A DNA stretch of 63,361 nucleotides, filler included, from Diploschistes diacapsis (Eukaryota): NCBI GenBank assembly GCA_023645945.1. It is 10 parts of 10 records of this genome, joined end to end, with 100 filler letters (N's around TTAATTAATTAA, not from the genome) between each part and the next. Parts side by side here need not be neighbours in the genome. Positions count along the whole stretch, not along the records: positions 61,504 to 63,361 come from JALAIB010002555.1; 9 more parts are not named here. One strand, given 5' to 3'. The position numbers were made by a program, and so were the translations under genes. Position 1 is the stretch's first letter; the number at the start of each line of letters is the position of its first letter. Below the pieces are notes generated by a model. The model was not told the origin of the DNA. It saw only the letters and a list, made by a program, of their open reading frames with translations, and made no database searches. This document shows positions 62,294-63,361 of this stretch, piece by piece.

Positions 62294-63361
62294 TGTTACG
62301 ATCCAAGTCACTAGTCGGTAGTACTTGGCACGCAACAGCTAGTCGGGCACTTCCCAACCATTCCTTATATATAGTCCAATTAGGGTGACACGGGTCACGT
62401 GATGAATAAAAGGTCTGAAAAATCATTCTATCTAATCGTAAGTAGAAAGAAAGAACGATAATTTTATTCATCTACTTATCTACTCTACTAAAGAAACTAT
62501 TGGTTATATAAGAACGTCGCCATAACTTTCATAAATCCAAAACGTGTTTACTTTCATAAACATCCTTAATTATTACTCGAGATCAATCTATATTCGTTAC
62601 CTCTATCATTAAAAAGATTTCTTTCTAAAAACAGTCCAAAGCCTATAACTACTTTATCTTCTTCTCCTACCACACTCCTCTTCTAACAGAAATCAAACCC
62701 ACCTTAATCCTACTCGTGTATATTTTATATAAATAAAAATCATAACACTTAAACACCTTCAAGAATAAATATTACTAACAACATAACCGGGCGATCGCCA
62801 CCGATAACTAAATCCGCCCCATCTCGAACACTTACAGCGGCAACGCCACCAAAAAAAACCGATATCCCTATAACGGACATTACCAAAGCTAAAAACGACG
62901 ATTTCGGAAATAACGATAAACCTAACGAAAATAACTCGTACAAAAAACCTATTATGAAAACTATAAAATCAATAACGTTCCACGGAAATCGAAAGAAACT
63001 AAAATACTAGATACTTTAATTCTCAATATATTTCTATTAAAATCCGTATATTATAGACGACCAAAGGAAACGAACAGTCTTCGCCGTAGGATTCATACGT
63101 GACCGCGTATTGACATAAATAAGACCTTACCTCGACGCATACTTAAAAAGTCAAGAAAATAGTTACGGAATGTTTAAAAACTTCGTAGGATTTAAAAAAT
63201 AGGTCCGACTGGCCTTCGAGATAACCAACGACAGAAAATATGCGATTCGAGTTATCAAAACAATTAACCAAAAAAGCTCGGCTTCAGAATACACGGCAAA
63301 ATTCTAGAAATACGTTAAACTAATTAAATAAAATAAAGAAATCTTAATAGAAATATATAAG
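62294..63361 (+). mobile_element. Gypsy 5' LTR (62294-62747) and RIP-mutated gag
   Basis: LTR TGTTACGATC...ATCATAACA. Gag-like TFHGNRKKL...RTVFAVGFIRDR..IRPYL...QKSSASEYTAKF. Confidence 0.8.

Overview
Filamentous ascomycete (Pezizomycotina-type) nuclear DNA, and not one continuous locus. Nine identical 100-bp spacers (N44-TTAATTAATTAA-N44) join ten contigs. Two are ~23.8 kb and gene-rich (1-23806, 27839-51594). Eight are 1866-1858 bp and appear in descending length order, so adjacency across the gaps is almost certainly artificial. Intron-containing genes: a GST, a divergent six-exon Pth11-like 7TM receptor, a CAP/SCP protein, a GH13 alpha-amylase, Pfa3 palmitoyltransferase, importin-alpha, a membrane-anchored GH127-like hydrolase, an HMG-box protein, urease, FRG1, a 2OG-Fe(II) oxygenase, an Artemis/Pso2-family nuclease, Erv1 and Hem4. 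Three genes are frameshifted pseudogenes (formaldehyde/alcohol dehydrogenase, DUF7730-like, GH45 endoglucanase). The AT-rich parts are RIP-mutated Ty3/Gypsy and Copia fragments, LTRs, a Fot1/pogo element and small TIR elements with subterminal repeat arrays. I found no clear new multi-gene system. The best leads are an LTR-derived fold-back element, unclassified TIR/MITE families, a RIP spectrum that spares CpG, the hidden spliced receptor, and non-RIP decay of metabolic and cell-wall-degrading genes.
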